This document shows positions 48,839 to 58,806 of a stretch of DNA of 64,000 nucleotides, in pieces. The notes beneath the pieces were generated by a model. That model had not been told where the DNA came from and did not search any database. It saw nothing but the letters and a program-made list of their open reading frames with translations. The translations under genes and the position numbers were made by a program. Numbering within the stretch: the stretch's first letter is position 1; every line of letters starts with the position of its first letter. This stretch comes from Propioniciclava sp. Its GTDB lineage: Bacteria > Actinomycetota > Actinomycetes > Propionibacteriales > Propionibacteriaceae. The stretch spans positions 704 through 64,703 of the forward strand of contig DAIRTI010000001.1 of NCBI GenBank assembly GCA_036803965.1, in the 5' to 3' direction.

Positions 48839-49794
48839 TGCAGTTCACGTTCGCGTACCCCGAGCGGCTGTGGTTCGCCGTCCTCATCCCGGTGCTGCTG
48901 CTGGTTTACTGGCTGCTGATCCGGCGGACGGCGTCCCGGAGTCGCCGTTTCGGCATCGACGGGCTGAACCGGCTGCTGCCGCGCCAGCAGTCCTGGAAGC
49001 GGCACCTGGCAGTGGCGTTCGCCCTGCTCAGCCTGGCGTCGCTGAACGTGGCCTTCGCGCAGCCGTCGGGGGCGGTGGACGTCCCGCGCGACCGCGCCAC
49101 GGTCTGCATCGCGATCGACGTGTCGAACTCGATGAAGGCGACCGACGTCGACCCGACCCGGTTCGAGGCCGCACAGGTGGCGTCCCAGCAGTTCGTCGAC
49201 ATGCTGCCGCTCGGGTTCAACACCGCGCTGGTGTCGTTCTACGGCACGTCGGTGCTGATGGTGCCGCCGACGACCGACCGTGCGATGGTCAAGCGGGCCG
49301 TCGACAACCTCGAACTCGGCCCTGGCACCGCGATCGGCGACGGCATCTACTCCTGCCTGGACGCCCTCAAGCTCGCCCCGGTCGACCCCGATCATCCCGA
49401 CGACCCGCCGCCTGCCGCGATCGTGCTGCTGAGCGACGGGTCTACGAACGTCGGACGCCCGTCCGCCCAGGCCGCAACCGACGCGAAGGCGGCCAAGGTG
49501 CCCGTCTACACGATCGCCTACGGCACCCCGGGTGGGTACGTCGTCGTCAACGGACGCCCCGAGCCCGTCCCGGTCGACAAGGCCGAGTTGCGCAAGATCT
49601 CCGACCTGTCCGGCGGGCAGGCGTTCACCGCCGGGTCGGCGTCCGAGCTGAAGACCGTCTACTCGGCGATCGCACACCAGATCGGCTATGAGAAGCAGTT
49701 CACCGAGATCACCGAGCGGTTCGCCGGCGGCGCCCTGGTGCTCGCCATCCTCGCGGCGCTCGCGGTCATCTCCCTGGCGGCCCGCTGGCCGTAG
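48838..49794 (+). CDS. vWA domain membrane protein (second paralogue)
   Basis: 'DVSNSM', 'TAIGDG', 'LLSDG'; TGATG overlap. Confidence 0.92.
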   Translation: MQFTFAYPERLWFAVLIPVLLLVYWLLIRRTASRSRRFGIDGLNRLLPRQQSWKRHLAVAFALLSLASLNVAFAQPSGAVDVPRDRATVCIAIDVSNSMKATDVDPTRFEAAQVASQQFVDMLPLGFNTALVSFYGTSVLMVPPTTDRAMVKRAVDNLELGPGTAIGDGIYSCLDALKLAPVDPDHPDDPPPAAIVLLSDGSTNVGRPSAQAATDAKAAKVPVYTIAYGTPGGYVVVNGRPEPVPVDKAELRKISDLSGGQAFTAGSASELKTVYSAIAHQIGYEKQFTEITERFAGGALVLAILAALAVISLAARWP

Positions 49795-49828
49795 GGGCGA
49801 CGGACGCGCGCGACGGCGTCCGGTGTTG

Positions 49829-50485
49829 TCAGCTCTTGGACGCCTTGGCGACGTCGGCTGCCAGGCGCTTGATCAGCTGGTCGCGCCAGTCGGCGGCGGG
49901 CCCGTCGGGCAGCGAGAACGTGGCGATGAGGTTGCGGTCGCGCAGCACGAGCAGACGGACCGGGTAGGACAGGTCGTTGCTCTCGGAGTAGCGCCAGCTG
50001 ACCTCGCCCGTGGTGCCCTGAGAGACGACCTTGAGCGGGTAGCTGGTGGACTTGCTGACCTCCTGGAAGTCCTGCAGGCAGCGCGACCAGAGGTCGACGG
50101 CCGAGGCGGCGGAGCCGGTGTCGTCCCAGAGTTCGGTGTCGATGCCCTCGACCAGGCTCTCGTTGGCGTTCACCGGGAGCGCCGTCGCGGACGACACCAG
50201 GTGGTCGTGCGCGGCCTGCCAGTAGGTGGTGCACGTCGGCACCGACTGGTACGCAGCCGCCTGCTGCTCGGGGTCGACCGACGGCTGGGCGGGCCCGCCC
50301 GTCAGGGTGTTCGCGACGCCCGCCAGCGACCCGGACTTCACCAGGGTCTCGAACTGGGCCGTGGTCAGCCCCTTGGGCGCGGTCGCCGCGCGCACGACGC
50401 CGACGGCGATCAGCACCACCAGCAGGACGGCGCCTGCCACGAGCGCGAGTCGGAGCGGGAAGCGGCGGCGCATGGCGTCATTCAT
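49829..50485 (-). CDS. Membrane-anchored / secreted hypothetical protein
   Basis: Basic N-terminus plus hydrophobic anchor; two Cys in the exported part. Confidence 0.75.
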   Translation of the reverse strand: MNDAMRRRFPLRLALVAGAVLLVVLIAVGVVRAATAPKGLTTAQFETLVKSGSLAGVANTLTGGPAQPSVDPEQQAAAYQSVPTCTTYWQAAHDHLVSSATALPVNANESLVEGIDTELWDDTGSAASAVDLWSRCLQDFQEVSKSTSYPLKVVSQGTTGEVSWRYSESNDLSYPVRLLVLRDRNLIATFSLPDGPAADWRDQLIKRLAADVAKASKS

Positions 50486-50534
50486 ACCAGGACGCCCGCG
50501 CCCGGGGCGTCCTCGACGCGGCTAGCGTAAGGAC

Positions 50535-51242
50535 ATGACCCTCGCCGAGAACCTGGCCGCCGTGGAGGCCCGCATCGCTGCCGCCTGTAGCAAGGCCGGA
50601 CGCCCACGCGAGTCGGTCAGGCTGCTGCCGGTGAGCAAGACGCAGCCGGCGTCGGTGGTGCTCGAGGCGTACGAGGCGGGCTGCCGGCGGTTCGGCGAGA
50701 ACAAGGTGCAGGAGGGGCTGGCCAAGGCCGAGGAGTTGGCGTCCCTGCCGGACATCGAGTGGTCGCTGATCGGGCACCTGCAGACCAACAAGGCCCGGGA
50801 CGCCGCCCGGTTCGCCACCGAGTTCCAGGCGCTCGACTCGCTGCGGGTCGCCGAGGCGCTGGACCGGCGGCTGCAGGCGTCCGGGCGCGGCATGGACGTG
50901 CTCATCGAGGTCGACACCTCCGGCGAGGAGACGAAGTTCGGCGTGCCGCCGGCCGAGGTGGTGGCTCTGGCGCGGCAGCTGGGGGCCTACTCGTCGCTGC
51001 GGCTGCGCGGGCTGATGACGATCGCGGCCAACACCACGGACGAGACCGTGATCAGCTCGTGCTTCGACGCGATGGTCGCGCTGCGCGAGCAGCTGAAGGA
51101 CGCCCTCGGCGAGGGTCACGACGAGCTCAGCATGGGCATGTCGGGCGACTTCGAGCTGGCCATCGAGCGCGGCTCGACGTGCGTCCGGGTGGGCACCGCG
51201 ATCTTCGGCGCGCGGCGGTATCCGGCGGCGGGGCTCAGCTGA
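50535..51242 (+). CDS. yggS: YggS/PLPBP pyridoxal-phosphate homeostasis protein
   Basis: 'LLPVSKT', 'FGENKVQE', 'IGHLQTNK', 'LSMGMSGDF', 'VRVGTAIFGAR'. Confidence 0.96.
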   Translation: MTLAENLAAVEARIAAACSKAGRPRESVRLLPVSKTQPASVVLEAYEAGCRRFGENKVQEGLAKAEELASLPDIEWSLIGHLQTNKARDAARFATEFQALDSLRVAEALDRRLQASGRGMDVLIEVDTSGEETKFGVPPAEVVALARQLGAYSSLRLRGLMTIAANTTDETVISSCFDAMVALREQLKDALGEGHDELSMGMSGDFELAIERGSTCVRVGTAIFGARRYPAAGLS

Positions 51243-51283
51243 CGTCCACCGCGCCGAAGCCCTCCGCTGAGGGCCGGCACGGC

Positions 51284-52810
51284 TCAGGACAGCGAACTTA
51301 CGACGGCCACCAGTTGATCCCAGGCCTTGTCTTTCGTGGAACTCCGGGTCGACACCGTGAGGTAGCCCTCGCCCAGAGGGCTGATGAGCACGAAGCCCGG
51401 ACGCCCCTGGGGATCCTGGTCCTCGAAGACGTAGGACAGGCGGCCGTTCACGTTGACGCCCGTCACCGTACCGGAGAGATGATCGGCGGCCCTGGCCGCC
51501 TCGATGTGGTCCACGGTGCTGAAGAAGGGGCTGAGCCCGCTTGGGTCCTCATGGTGGGTCACCATGAGGCCGTCACCGGCGTCGCTGGTGAAGAACCCCA
51601 GCACGGCGTCGCCCACCGGCGCCGGAGTGAGTCCGGCGGCCCGGGCGTTCAGTGAGGTGGGCTGCGCGATCTGGGTCCACCCTGCGGGGGCGGCGAGCGA
51701 GAAGCCCGCCGACTTCATGACGGTGCCGGTGGCCGCCTTGCCGGACAGGGCGGGGCGGGACACGACGCCCGAGTGCACGACCATGCTCTTCTGCACCAGC
51801 TGCAGGCCGGTCGACTCATCGGGCGGTGTCGGCCCCCAGTAGAGGATCTCGGTGATCCGATAACCGATCCGTGAGGCGATGCGGCGCTCGTGCTTGCCGA
51901 CAAACGAACAGTCGACGACGTCGGTTCGATGCGCGTCGATGACGATGTCTGTGGGCGCTCCGACATAGGTGCAGCGACGGTAGTGACTGTGGCGCCTCTG
52001 CAGTTCGCGGAAGTCCTGTTCGGCCGTGAGATCGATCGACGTGATCAGCAGGATTTCGTCGCTGCTGGCGGGTCCGGAGGCGACCAGGTCGACACCGGCC
52101 TCCTTCACACTCCAGGTGTCAGGAAGGTTGAACGCGACGCCTGGATAGCGGAACCGGTGCACGGCGACCGCGGGGCTGCCGCGTCCGGAGGGGGATGCCG
52201 CCGCGGTCGCGGGAGTGATCGCGGTAGATCCGGGCTCAGGAGTTCTTGTGGTGGCGCCTGACGCGGTTGGGCGCGTGGTGGGCCGATAGAGGGAGTCGAT
52301 GGTCAGGCGTCCGCCGACGAAGACCAGGAGGAACACTGCGAAGCCCGCGCCGAACCTGACCCAGCGGTTCGTGGTCACTCCCTGGGACAGCGGTGCCGGA
52401 ACGGATGCCGGCTCACGAGCCGGCATCGAGAACGTGAGCCGAGGATCGGCAGCGCGGTCGATGTCCTCGACGAGCCGGCGTCCGTCGCTCCACAGGGTCG
52501 GCTCGATCGTGAGGCGGTGACCCTGGTCGTCGACGAGGGTGCGGCGGCCATCGGGACAGGCGTAGACGTGCGCTCGTGCCACGTCGACTGTGAATCGGCC
52601 CGTGGCGCCGCTTCTCTGGACGAGGCTGCCCGCGGCGACGATCTCGGCCCACGGCTCGAACTGCCGCCCCGCCCCGCGCAGGGGCACGTGGCGCCGGCCC
52701 TCGAGGCGACCTTCCACCCGGAAGGCGGGGTCGCTAGGCCATGCCGACCCGGGCGCCGACAGCGGGGTCCAGGGGGTCGTGGGCATCGAGTGTTGGGGCG
52801 AGAGGGTCAC
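51284..52810 (-). CDS. Membrane protein: PH-like cytoplasmic module, one TM, two exported PsbP/DcrB-like repeats
   Basis: Clear paralogue of the C-terminal two-thirds of the upstream gene (EGRLEGRRH, DGRR..VDD.G..LTIEPTLW, LSYVFED.DP.G.PGFV, SST.DKAW). Confidence 0.8.
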   Translation of the reverse strand: MTLSPQHSMPTTPWTPLSAPGSAWPSDPAFRVEGRLEGRRHVPLRGAGRQFEPWAEIVAAGSLVQRSGATGRFTVDVARAHVYACPDGRRTLVDDQGHRLTIEPTLWSDGRRLVEDIDRAADPRLTFSMPAREPASVPAPLSQGVTTNRWVRFGAGFAVFLLVFVGGRLTIDSLYRPTTRPTASGATTRTPEPGSTAITPATAAASPSGRGSPAVAVHRFRYPGVAFNLPDTWSVKEAGVDLVASGPASSDEILLITSIDLTAEQDFRELQRRHSHYRRCTYVGAPTDIVIDAHRTDVVDCSFVGKHERRIASRIGYRITEILYWGPTPPDESTGLQLVQKSMVVHSGVVSRPALSGKAATGTVMKSAGFSLAAPAGWTQIAQPTSLNARAAGLTPAPVGDAVLGFFTSDAGDGLMVTHHEDPSGLSPFFSTVDHIEAARAADHLSGTVTGVNVNGRLSYVFEDQDPQGRPGFVLISPLGEGYLTVSTRSSTKDKAWDQLVAVVSSLS

Positions 52811-52822
52811 AGCGGCCTCATT

Positions 52823-55304
52823 TCAAGACAGCGAGTTGATGACAGCAAGAAGTTCCTCCCAAGCCTTGTCGCGGGTGGAACTCAGGACCCAGAGGGTGAG
52901 GAATCCCTCGCCTTTGCGGGTGACGAAGACGAAGCCGGGGTAGCCGTTCGGGTCCTCGTCCTCGAAGACGTAGCTGAGCCAGCCCTTCGCGTCGACCGCC
53001 ATGGGCGGATCCGCGATGTGGTCGGCAGCGTCAGCCGCGTCGGAGCGGTCCCAGGTGTGGAAGATCGGGTGCAGCCAGGCAGGGTTGGGGTGGTACGCGG
53101 CCAGGAGGCTGTCGCCGTCGGCGCTGGTGAAGACCCCGAGGATCGAATCATCGGGGAACGGCGGCGGGAAGCCGGCCGCCTCGGCCGCCTTCGCGGTCCC
53201 GTTCTTGACCAGCTTGAAACCCGACGGCGCATAGAGCGCGAAGCCGGGCCCCGCCACGCGAGGGCCATCCGCTGCTGAGCCGTTCATCGCGCCGCGGGAA
53301 GTCGGGTCGATGTGGACGATGAGTTTCGCCAGGAAGAGTTGCAGTGCCTCGGACTGCTCGGGGGCGGTCGAGGCCGAGTAGGTGACCTCCGTGAGGCGTT
53401 GTTTCATGCGCCAGTCGAACAGGCGGTACTGGCGCCCCTGCCCGGCGCAGTCGATCGTCTCAGCGGGTTGCCCGCTGATGACCACCGCCGGCCGCTTCCG
53501 GGCACCAGGGCACTCGGAGCGTCGACGGAGCATCTCGTCGAGGTCGGAGAGGGTCGTCTGGTCGATCGACGACACAAGGATGCGCTCGTCGTCGGTCGGT
53601 CCATGCGCGAAGACGTTGATGCCGAAATCGTCGATCTCCCAGTCGTCCGGCAGCGTGAACGAGATGTACGCGTTGCCCCACTGCTGCCCGGCGACGGGAG
53701 TGCCGGCGACCGGGGCCACCGGCACAGGAGATGTGCGCAGCAACTGCGGCAGGGTGACGGTCAGGAGGAGGAACACGACCAGGGCCGCCCGCCGCTGGAG
53801 CGGGCGATTTCCACGCACGCCCTCGTCGAACTGCTTGCGCGCCCTCTTCGTAAACGAGAGCGGGGCCGGGATGGCGTCCGGCGCACGGGCGGGCATCGGC
53901 AATGTGCGGCGCGGGTCGGCGCCCCGGTCGACGGACTCGACGATGCGGCGTCCTCCACGCCACAGCGTCGGCTCGATCGTCAGGTGGCGGCCGTCGTCGT
54001 CGACGACGGTGCGGCGTCCGTCGGGCCAGGCGAGGACGTGCGACCGCGCCGCATCGACCGAGAAAACGACTGGAGGCGCTCCCGAGCTGGAGCCGGCCGT
54101 CCGCCACGACGACGTCGCACAAGGGCTCGAACAGGTGCTCGGCGCCGCGGCGGGGACGATGACGCCGGCCCTCGAGGCGGCCCTCCCTCGGTACGGCGTC
54201 CGTGGGCCAGTCCACGTCGACCGCCTGGTCGATGGGAGCCCCCAGCATCGCGCTGCCGAACAGGGACGCCAGGGGCGTCCGAAGGTCGGCCAGGCCGATG
54301 CCCTCGACGGCGGCGATGCGCTCCGCGACGGTCCGGGGGGCTTGGCCGAGCAGCTCGCGGTGGGCGGCGCCGAACGGTTCTTCCGCTTCGACCTCCGGGG
54401 CGCGCAACGCCTGCACCGTGGCGAACGCGTGATCCTTCAGCTCCCGCTCCTCGGCAGGGACGGCCGACAGCAGCCAGGCGGTCTCCGCGACGATCCCGGA
54501 CGCCTCGGCGAACCGCTCGGCGCTCACGTCCGCGCTGAACACGGCCAGGGTGGTCTCGCCGAAGTTGAAGGTGGCGCACGACACTGCGTACGTCGACCGC
54601 AGCCGGTGGCGGAGCCGCTCCTCCAGCCGGGTGCGGAGGATCCCTTGGGCAAGAACGGAGGCGTCCGAGGTCGGGACCAGCCCCGACAGGACGAGCCTGT
54701 CGGGCGTGACGTAGACCCTCGGGATCGGCTCACGCGTCGCGGGCAGCGGTGGTGCTGGCTGCCGGCCGCCCGCCGGCAGGGGCAGCTGCAACCCGACCGG
54801 CACGTCACCGTCGAGTGCCAGGGCGGCGTTGCCGGACGCGAAGAACCCCGCCCCGACCTCTCGGAGCCACCCGGCCGTGAGGGTCTGCAGGGCGGGTCCA
54901 CGGAGGGAGCCCGCACCCGGCCCGCACACCCCGAAGCGCTCGGCGAGCAGGGTGTCGAAGTCGTCCTCGTCGGCCATCATGCGCAGGACCGCCGCCTCGG
55001 ACTCGGCCCACTCGGCGTCCGTCGGGCCGTGCAGGCGGGCTGCGATCGTGCCGAGCACGGATGCCACGGCGTCTGGTGGGCCGTACAGGTCGATGTGCGA
55101 GACGACCCCGCCGAACGAGCCGGACGCCGACACGTAGGCCGGGAAGGTCGGCAGCAGAGCCCAGGCCATCAGGGCCGACAACCGCCCCGCGGTGAGAAGG
55201 GTCTCGTCGATCCGTCCAGCCCGGAACATCAGGCTGACGCGCAGCCCCGGATGGTCACTCGGTCGCCACCACACGGGGATGCCAGCAAGCAGGCAGCGCT
55301 CCAT
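52823..55304 (-). CDS. Inactive M16-peptidase-like + PH-like + TM + exported repeats fusion (~826 aa), frameshifted at 54063-54066
   Basis: 'LMFRAGRIDE' M16-type N-terminus lacking HxxEH; removing one T from a T4 run gives RFSVDAARSHVLAWPDGRRTVVDDDGRHLTIEPTLW and joins ORF 52823..53902. Confidence 0.78.
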
Positions 55305-56689
55305 CAGATCTGCCTCCAGATCACGTGTCTGGGAACGACCCGATCAACCTCGGCGATCATCGAGTCGAAGTTCAACCACTGGGACGCCGCCAGCGTGAGT
55401 TGGCAGCCGTCAGGTCGGACCACGACCCGTCCGTCGGCGCGGATCACATACAGGACGAGCGACGTGAGGTCGACGACGAGAAGACCGGTGGGCGAGTTGT
55501 ACTCCAGCAGATGACCCTGGAGGCGAAGGTTCGCCGGCTCAGTGTCCACCGGCTCGAACCGCCGGCACTCGCCGACGAGCGGAGCCTCGCGGGGCAGGCC
55601 GTAGAAGAAGCGGAGCCCCTCGGGCACCGCGGCCGAGTCGGGCACCACAAGCATCGCCGTCTCGGCGCAGGACCGTGCGGCGCCCGCGACGTCGGCGGGG
55701 GTGACGCGGGCGTGCTCGGCGAGCAGCTCGTCGGCGTCCAGGTAGGGACGCCCGAGCAGCTCGCAGTACGCCGCGCGCTGCGGCTCGAAGACCTCAATGC
55801 CACGGCCGCGAACGGCCAGCGCCAGCGCGGTCTGATGCTCGGCCAGCAGGTGGGGCGCGGGTCCGTCGGACGCCAGGAGGCGCAGGTCGGCCAGCAGGGC
55901 GGCGGCCTCGGCGCGGATGTCGCCGGAGGTGGGCGTGAACGTGTGATGGGTGACCGGGCCCAGGTCCAGGCTGGCCGACGTCCGGTGGCGCGTGGCCATC
56001 AGGTAATCGACGAAGAGGTCTGCGGGGGCGTCCGCACCCAGGGCGGTCAGGATGACCTCACCCTCGCGTCCCTCGACCGCGCACGGAGGAGCGACGAAGG
56101 ACTCCCAGGCGGGGAGAGGACGCCGACGCGCGTCGTCGGGAAGGTGGAGATGTAGCCGGGGCGGGACCGGCCCCGTGAGGGCGAGGGTCGCGTTGCCGCG
56201 GCAGAACGCCTCCTGCGCGAACGCGAGCACCTCGTCGGCATCGGCCGTGTGCAGGCCGAACTCGCCGCCGGCCAGGACTCCGGGGCCGACGAGGCCGAAG
56301 CGGTGCACCAGCGGTGACGCGGCCCGTCGGCTTTCCACCCGGACGTCCGCCTCGGCGGCCAGGATCTCGGTCTCGCGTTCGAGCCGGGCCGGCTCGAGGC
56401 GTCCGATCGCCGCCGTGACCAGACCGAGGGCGTCCACGACCAGCTCGGGCGGGCCGTCGAGCAGGAAGGTGGTGGAGATCGGGCCGGTCGCCCCGTTCAC
56501 CTCGAGGTAGACGGGCCAGCGGCCGTCCAGCGCGACGTGTTCGATCAGGTGGACCAGGCCCCGCCGGGCCAGGGGCTCGTCGGCCTGCCCGATGCGGAAG
56601 GACAGCGTGGCCCGCAGCGTGGGGCGTCCGAGATCGGACCAGAACACGGGGACGCCGTCGACCTCGGTGCGGTGCACGGTCGTGGTCAT
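55304..56689 (-). CDS. M16 (insulinase-like) zinc peptidase-like protein with C-terminal PH-like module
   Basis: 'LSFRIGQADE..RGLVHLIEH' (HxxEH), 'NGAT', 'ERETEILAAE'; ATGA and TGATG overlaps with neighbours. Confidence 0.82.
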   Translation of the reverse strand: MTTTVHRTEVDGVPVFWSDLGRPTLRATLSFRIGQADEPLARRGLVHLIEHVALDGRWPVYLEVNGATGPISTTFLLDGPPELVVDALGLVTAAIGRLEPARLERETEILAAEADVRVESRRAASPLVHRFGLVGPGVLAGGEFGLHTADADEVLAFAQEAFCRGNATLALTGPVPPRLHLHLPDDARRRPLPAWESFVAPPCAVEGREGEVILTALGADAPADLFVDYLMATRHRTSASLDLGPVTHHTFTPTSGDIRAEAAALLADLRLLASDGPAPHLLAEHQTALALAVRGRGIEVFEPQRAAYCELLGRPYLDADELLAEHARVTPADVAGAARSCAETAMLVVPDSAAVPEGLRFFYGLPREAPLVGECRRFEPVDTEPANLRLQGHLLEYNSPTGLLVVDLTSLVLYVIRADGRVVVRPDGCQLTLAASQWLNFDSMIAEVDRVVPRHVIWRQI

Positions 56690-58008
56690 GGACGCCGCCG
56701 CTTCGCCAACTCCTGCCGCCCCAGCTTGACCAGCAGGGGCACCAGCACGACCGCGAGCATGGTCGCCACAAGGCCGGGGCTGATGGAGGACCCTGTGCTT
56801 CCCATTTGGGCGATGATCCCGTAGACGACGACGCCGGAGAGCAGCCACAAGACGGTGGCCTCGCGGAGCCAGCCGCCGAGTCGCCCCGCCAGCGGGACCG
56901 TGCGTCTGGGGCCCGCGGGGTGGTCGTGGGTCACCACGCTGGCGCGCGGCACCAGCTGCGCGATCAGCCGGCACAGGGTGGCTCCGCGCTCCCAGTCGCC
57001 GGGGATGACGGTGATCGAGACGCCGTCGGGCGCCGTGACACACCAGCGGCCCTCCGGCCAGGTCTCCGCGGTGGCGGGATCGGCGAGGTCGACCCAGACG
57101 ACGACCTCGCGCCTGCGACGGTGGAGGAGCGTCGTGCCCTCCAGGACGAGCTGGTCGGGATCGGAGTCGAACAGGGGACGGACGAAGACGCGCCCGCGCG
57201 TCCCGGTGGCGGGTGCGGTGCCCGACTCGACGCCGACTGTCTCCACGCCGTCGGCGAAGCGCGCGCTCGACTCCGGTCCGAGCGCGATGCCCTCGTCGAT
57301 GAGCGTCAGCAACCGGTCGCCCACCGCCCGGATGCGGCCCAGTGTCTCGCCGCCGGCCTCGGACGCCCCGGGCCCGTACTGGCCGGCCGCCCGCACCTTC
57401 TCCGCGAGCACGGGCAGGAACCAGCGGACGTCCGGCTCCGGTCCCACGGCGCCGACGGTCACGACGGCGCGCCCGCCGAGCCGGAGGACGTCGAGGACGG
57501 GGCTCGCTCGGCGAGGTTCTCCGGCAAGAACCACCTCCGCGACAGGGCCGCGCCGGACGCGAAGCCCTCGGCGGCGGCGCTGCGCTCGCCGGGGCGTCCG
57601 AGCGACAGAACGCCCGGGCCGGTCGCCCCGAACAGCGCGCGCCAGCACCGTTCCACCAGCGAGGGGCCGTGCCAGGTGGTCTCGCGTACCGCCGCCGCGA
57701 CCGACGCGGGGTCGGGGGAGTCGAGGTGGCGTCTCAGCGCGGCGAGCGCCGAGACCGGGTCGCCGCCGAGGACGCTGAACCGGGTCTCGAAGAGGTCCAC
57801 ATTGGCGCGGACGTCGAAGCCCTCGGCGCTCGTCGCCAGCGCCGCAGCCCGGGCCATGGCGCCCAGGAGGCCCAGCGACACGGGCGGCTCGTCCAGCAGG
57901 CCGCAGCGGAACACCAGCGAACCGCGCTCCGTCAGATGCTCCGTCGCAGCCGCCCCCGTCGCCACGCCAGCCTCCCCCCGGGGCGCCTGTGCCCCCGAAC
58001 GCCGTCAT
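56686..58008 (-). CDS. Degenerate M16-like + PH-like + two-TM protein, two compensating frameshifts (~57975, ~57510)
   Basis: 'LVFRCGLLDEP', 'FGATGPGVL', 'WFLPENL' in one frame; 'WPEGRWCVTAPDGVSITVIPGDW' plus TM hairpin in the other. Confidence 0.65.
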   Translation of the reverse strand: MTAFGGTGAPGGGWRGDGGGCDGASDGARFAGVPLRPAGRAARVAGPPGRHGPGCGAGDERRGLRRPRQCGPLRDPVQRPRRRPGLGARRAETPPRLPRPRVGRGGGTRDHLARPLAGGTVLARAVRGDRPGRSVARTPRRAQRRRRGLRVRRGPVAEVVLAGEPRRASPVLDVLRLGGRAVVTVGAVGPEPDVRWFLPVLAEKVRAAGQYGPGASEAGGETLGRIRAVGDRLLTLIDEGIALGPESSARFADGVETVGVESGTAPATGTRGRVFVRPLFDSDPDQLVLEGTTLLHRRRREVVVWVDLADPATAETWPEGRWCVTAPDGVSITVIPGDWERGATLCRLIAQLVPRASVVTHDHPAGPRRTVPLAGRLGGWLREATVLWLLSGVVVYGIIAQMGSTGSSISPGLVATMLAVVLVPLLVKLGRQELAKRRRP

Positions 58009-58140
58009 CAAAGCACACTCACAGCTTCGGCTCGGGCGATCCACGCGGATTGCCCGCAGAGGGCTCGGCGTGATCTCGAGGCGCGCTCGAGACTGCGGTG
58101 CGGCGTCTCCCCGGCAGGGACGCCGCGGACGGCCCGGAGG

Positions 58141-58806
58141 TCAGTCCTCGACGAGCAGGACGTGCAGCGTCCGCGGCCCGTGGACGCCCTCAACCCGGCT
58201 CAATTCGATGTCACTGGTCGCGGACCCACCGCTGATCCAGGTGACCGGACGCTCCTGCCGCACAGCGGGCGTGATGCGGGCGACGGCCTCCGGCACGTCG
58301 CTCACCACCTGGTCGGCGCGCACGATGCAGACGTGCACGTCGGGCAACAGTGACAGCGCCCGGCGCCCCTGACCGGGGCCGTGATCGAGCATGATCGTCC
58401 CGGTCTCGGCGGCCGCCACCGCGCAGGTGGTGACCACGGCGCTGGTCGCGTCCAGCTCGGCGCGGCTGAGCGGCGGCTCGTCGCCGCGCACCCCGATGCC
58501 GGCCGCACCGACGGCGTCCACGATCGTGCGGTCGAGCCCGTCGGGCAGGACCACGGACGCCGCCCCGTGCGTCTGCAGAGCGCGGACGACCGCGTCCGGC
58601 AGCCCGGCGGGGGAGCAGCGCTCGAAGCCGGCGCGGTAGTCGAGGATGCGGTCCTCGAGTTGCGCGACGGCGTCCTCCAGCGGACGCGGGCGCCCGTACG
58701 CCCAGGGCACCGGGGTGTCCTGCTCGGCGGGTGCGTCCGGCACGTCGGCCAGGGACGCGCGGATGCGGCTGAGCACGGCCTCGCGGGCCGGTGACATCTG
58801 GCTCAC
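58141..58806 (-). CDS. lutC: Lactate utilisation protein C (LUD domain)
   Basis: 'AAETGTIML', 'GRRALSLLPDVH', 'WISGGSATSDIELSRVEGVHGPR'. Confidence 0.92.
   Translation of the reverse strand: MSQMSPAREAVLSRIRASLADVPDAPAEQDTPVPWAYGRPRPLEDAVAQLEDRILDYRAGFERCSPAGLPDAVVRALQTHGAASVVLPDGLDRTIVDAVGAAGIGVRGDEPPLSRAELDATSAVVTTCAVAAAETGTIMLDHGPGQGRRALSLLPDVHVCIVRADQVVSDVPEAVARITPAVRQERPVTWISGGSATSDIELSRVEGVHGPRTLHVLLVED

Noticed and set aside
54063..54066. Programmed ribosomal frameshift in the M16-like fusion gene
   Set aside because: Only a T4 run with no classical slippery heptamer; similar indels across the window point to sequence error or mutation
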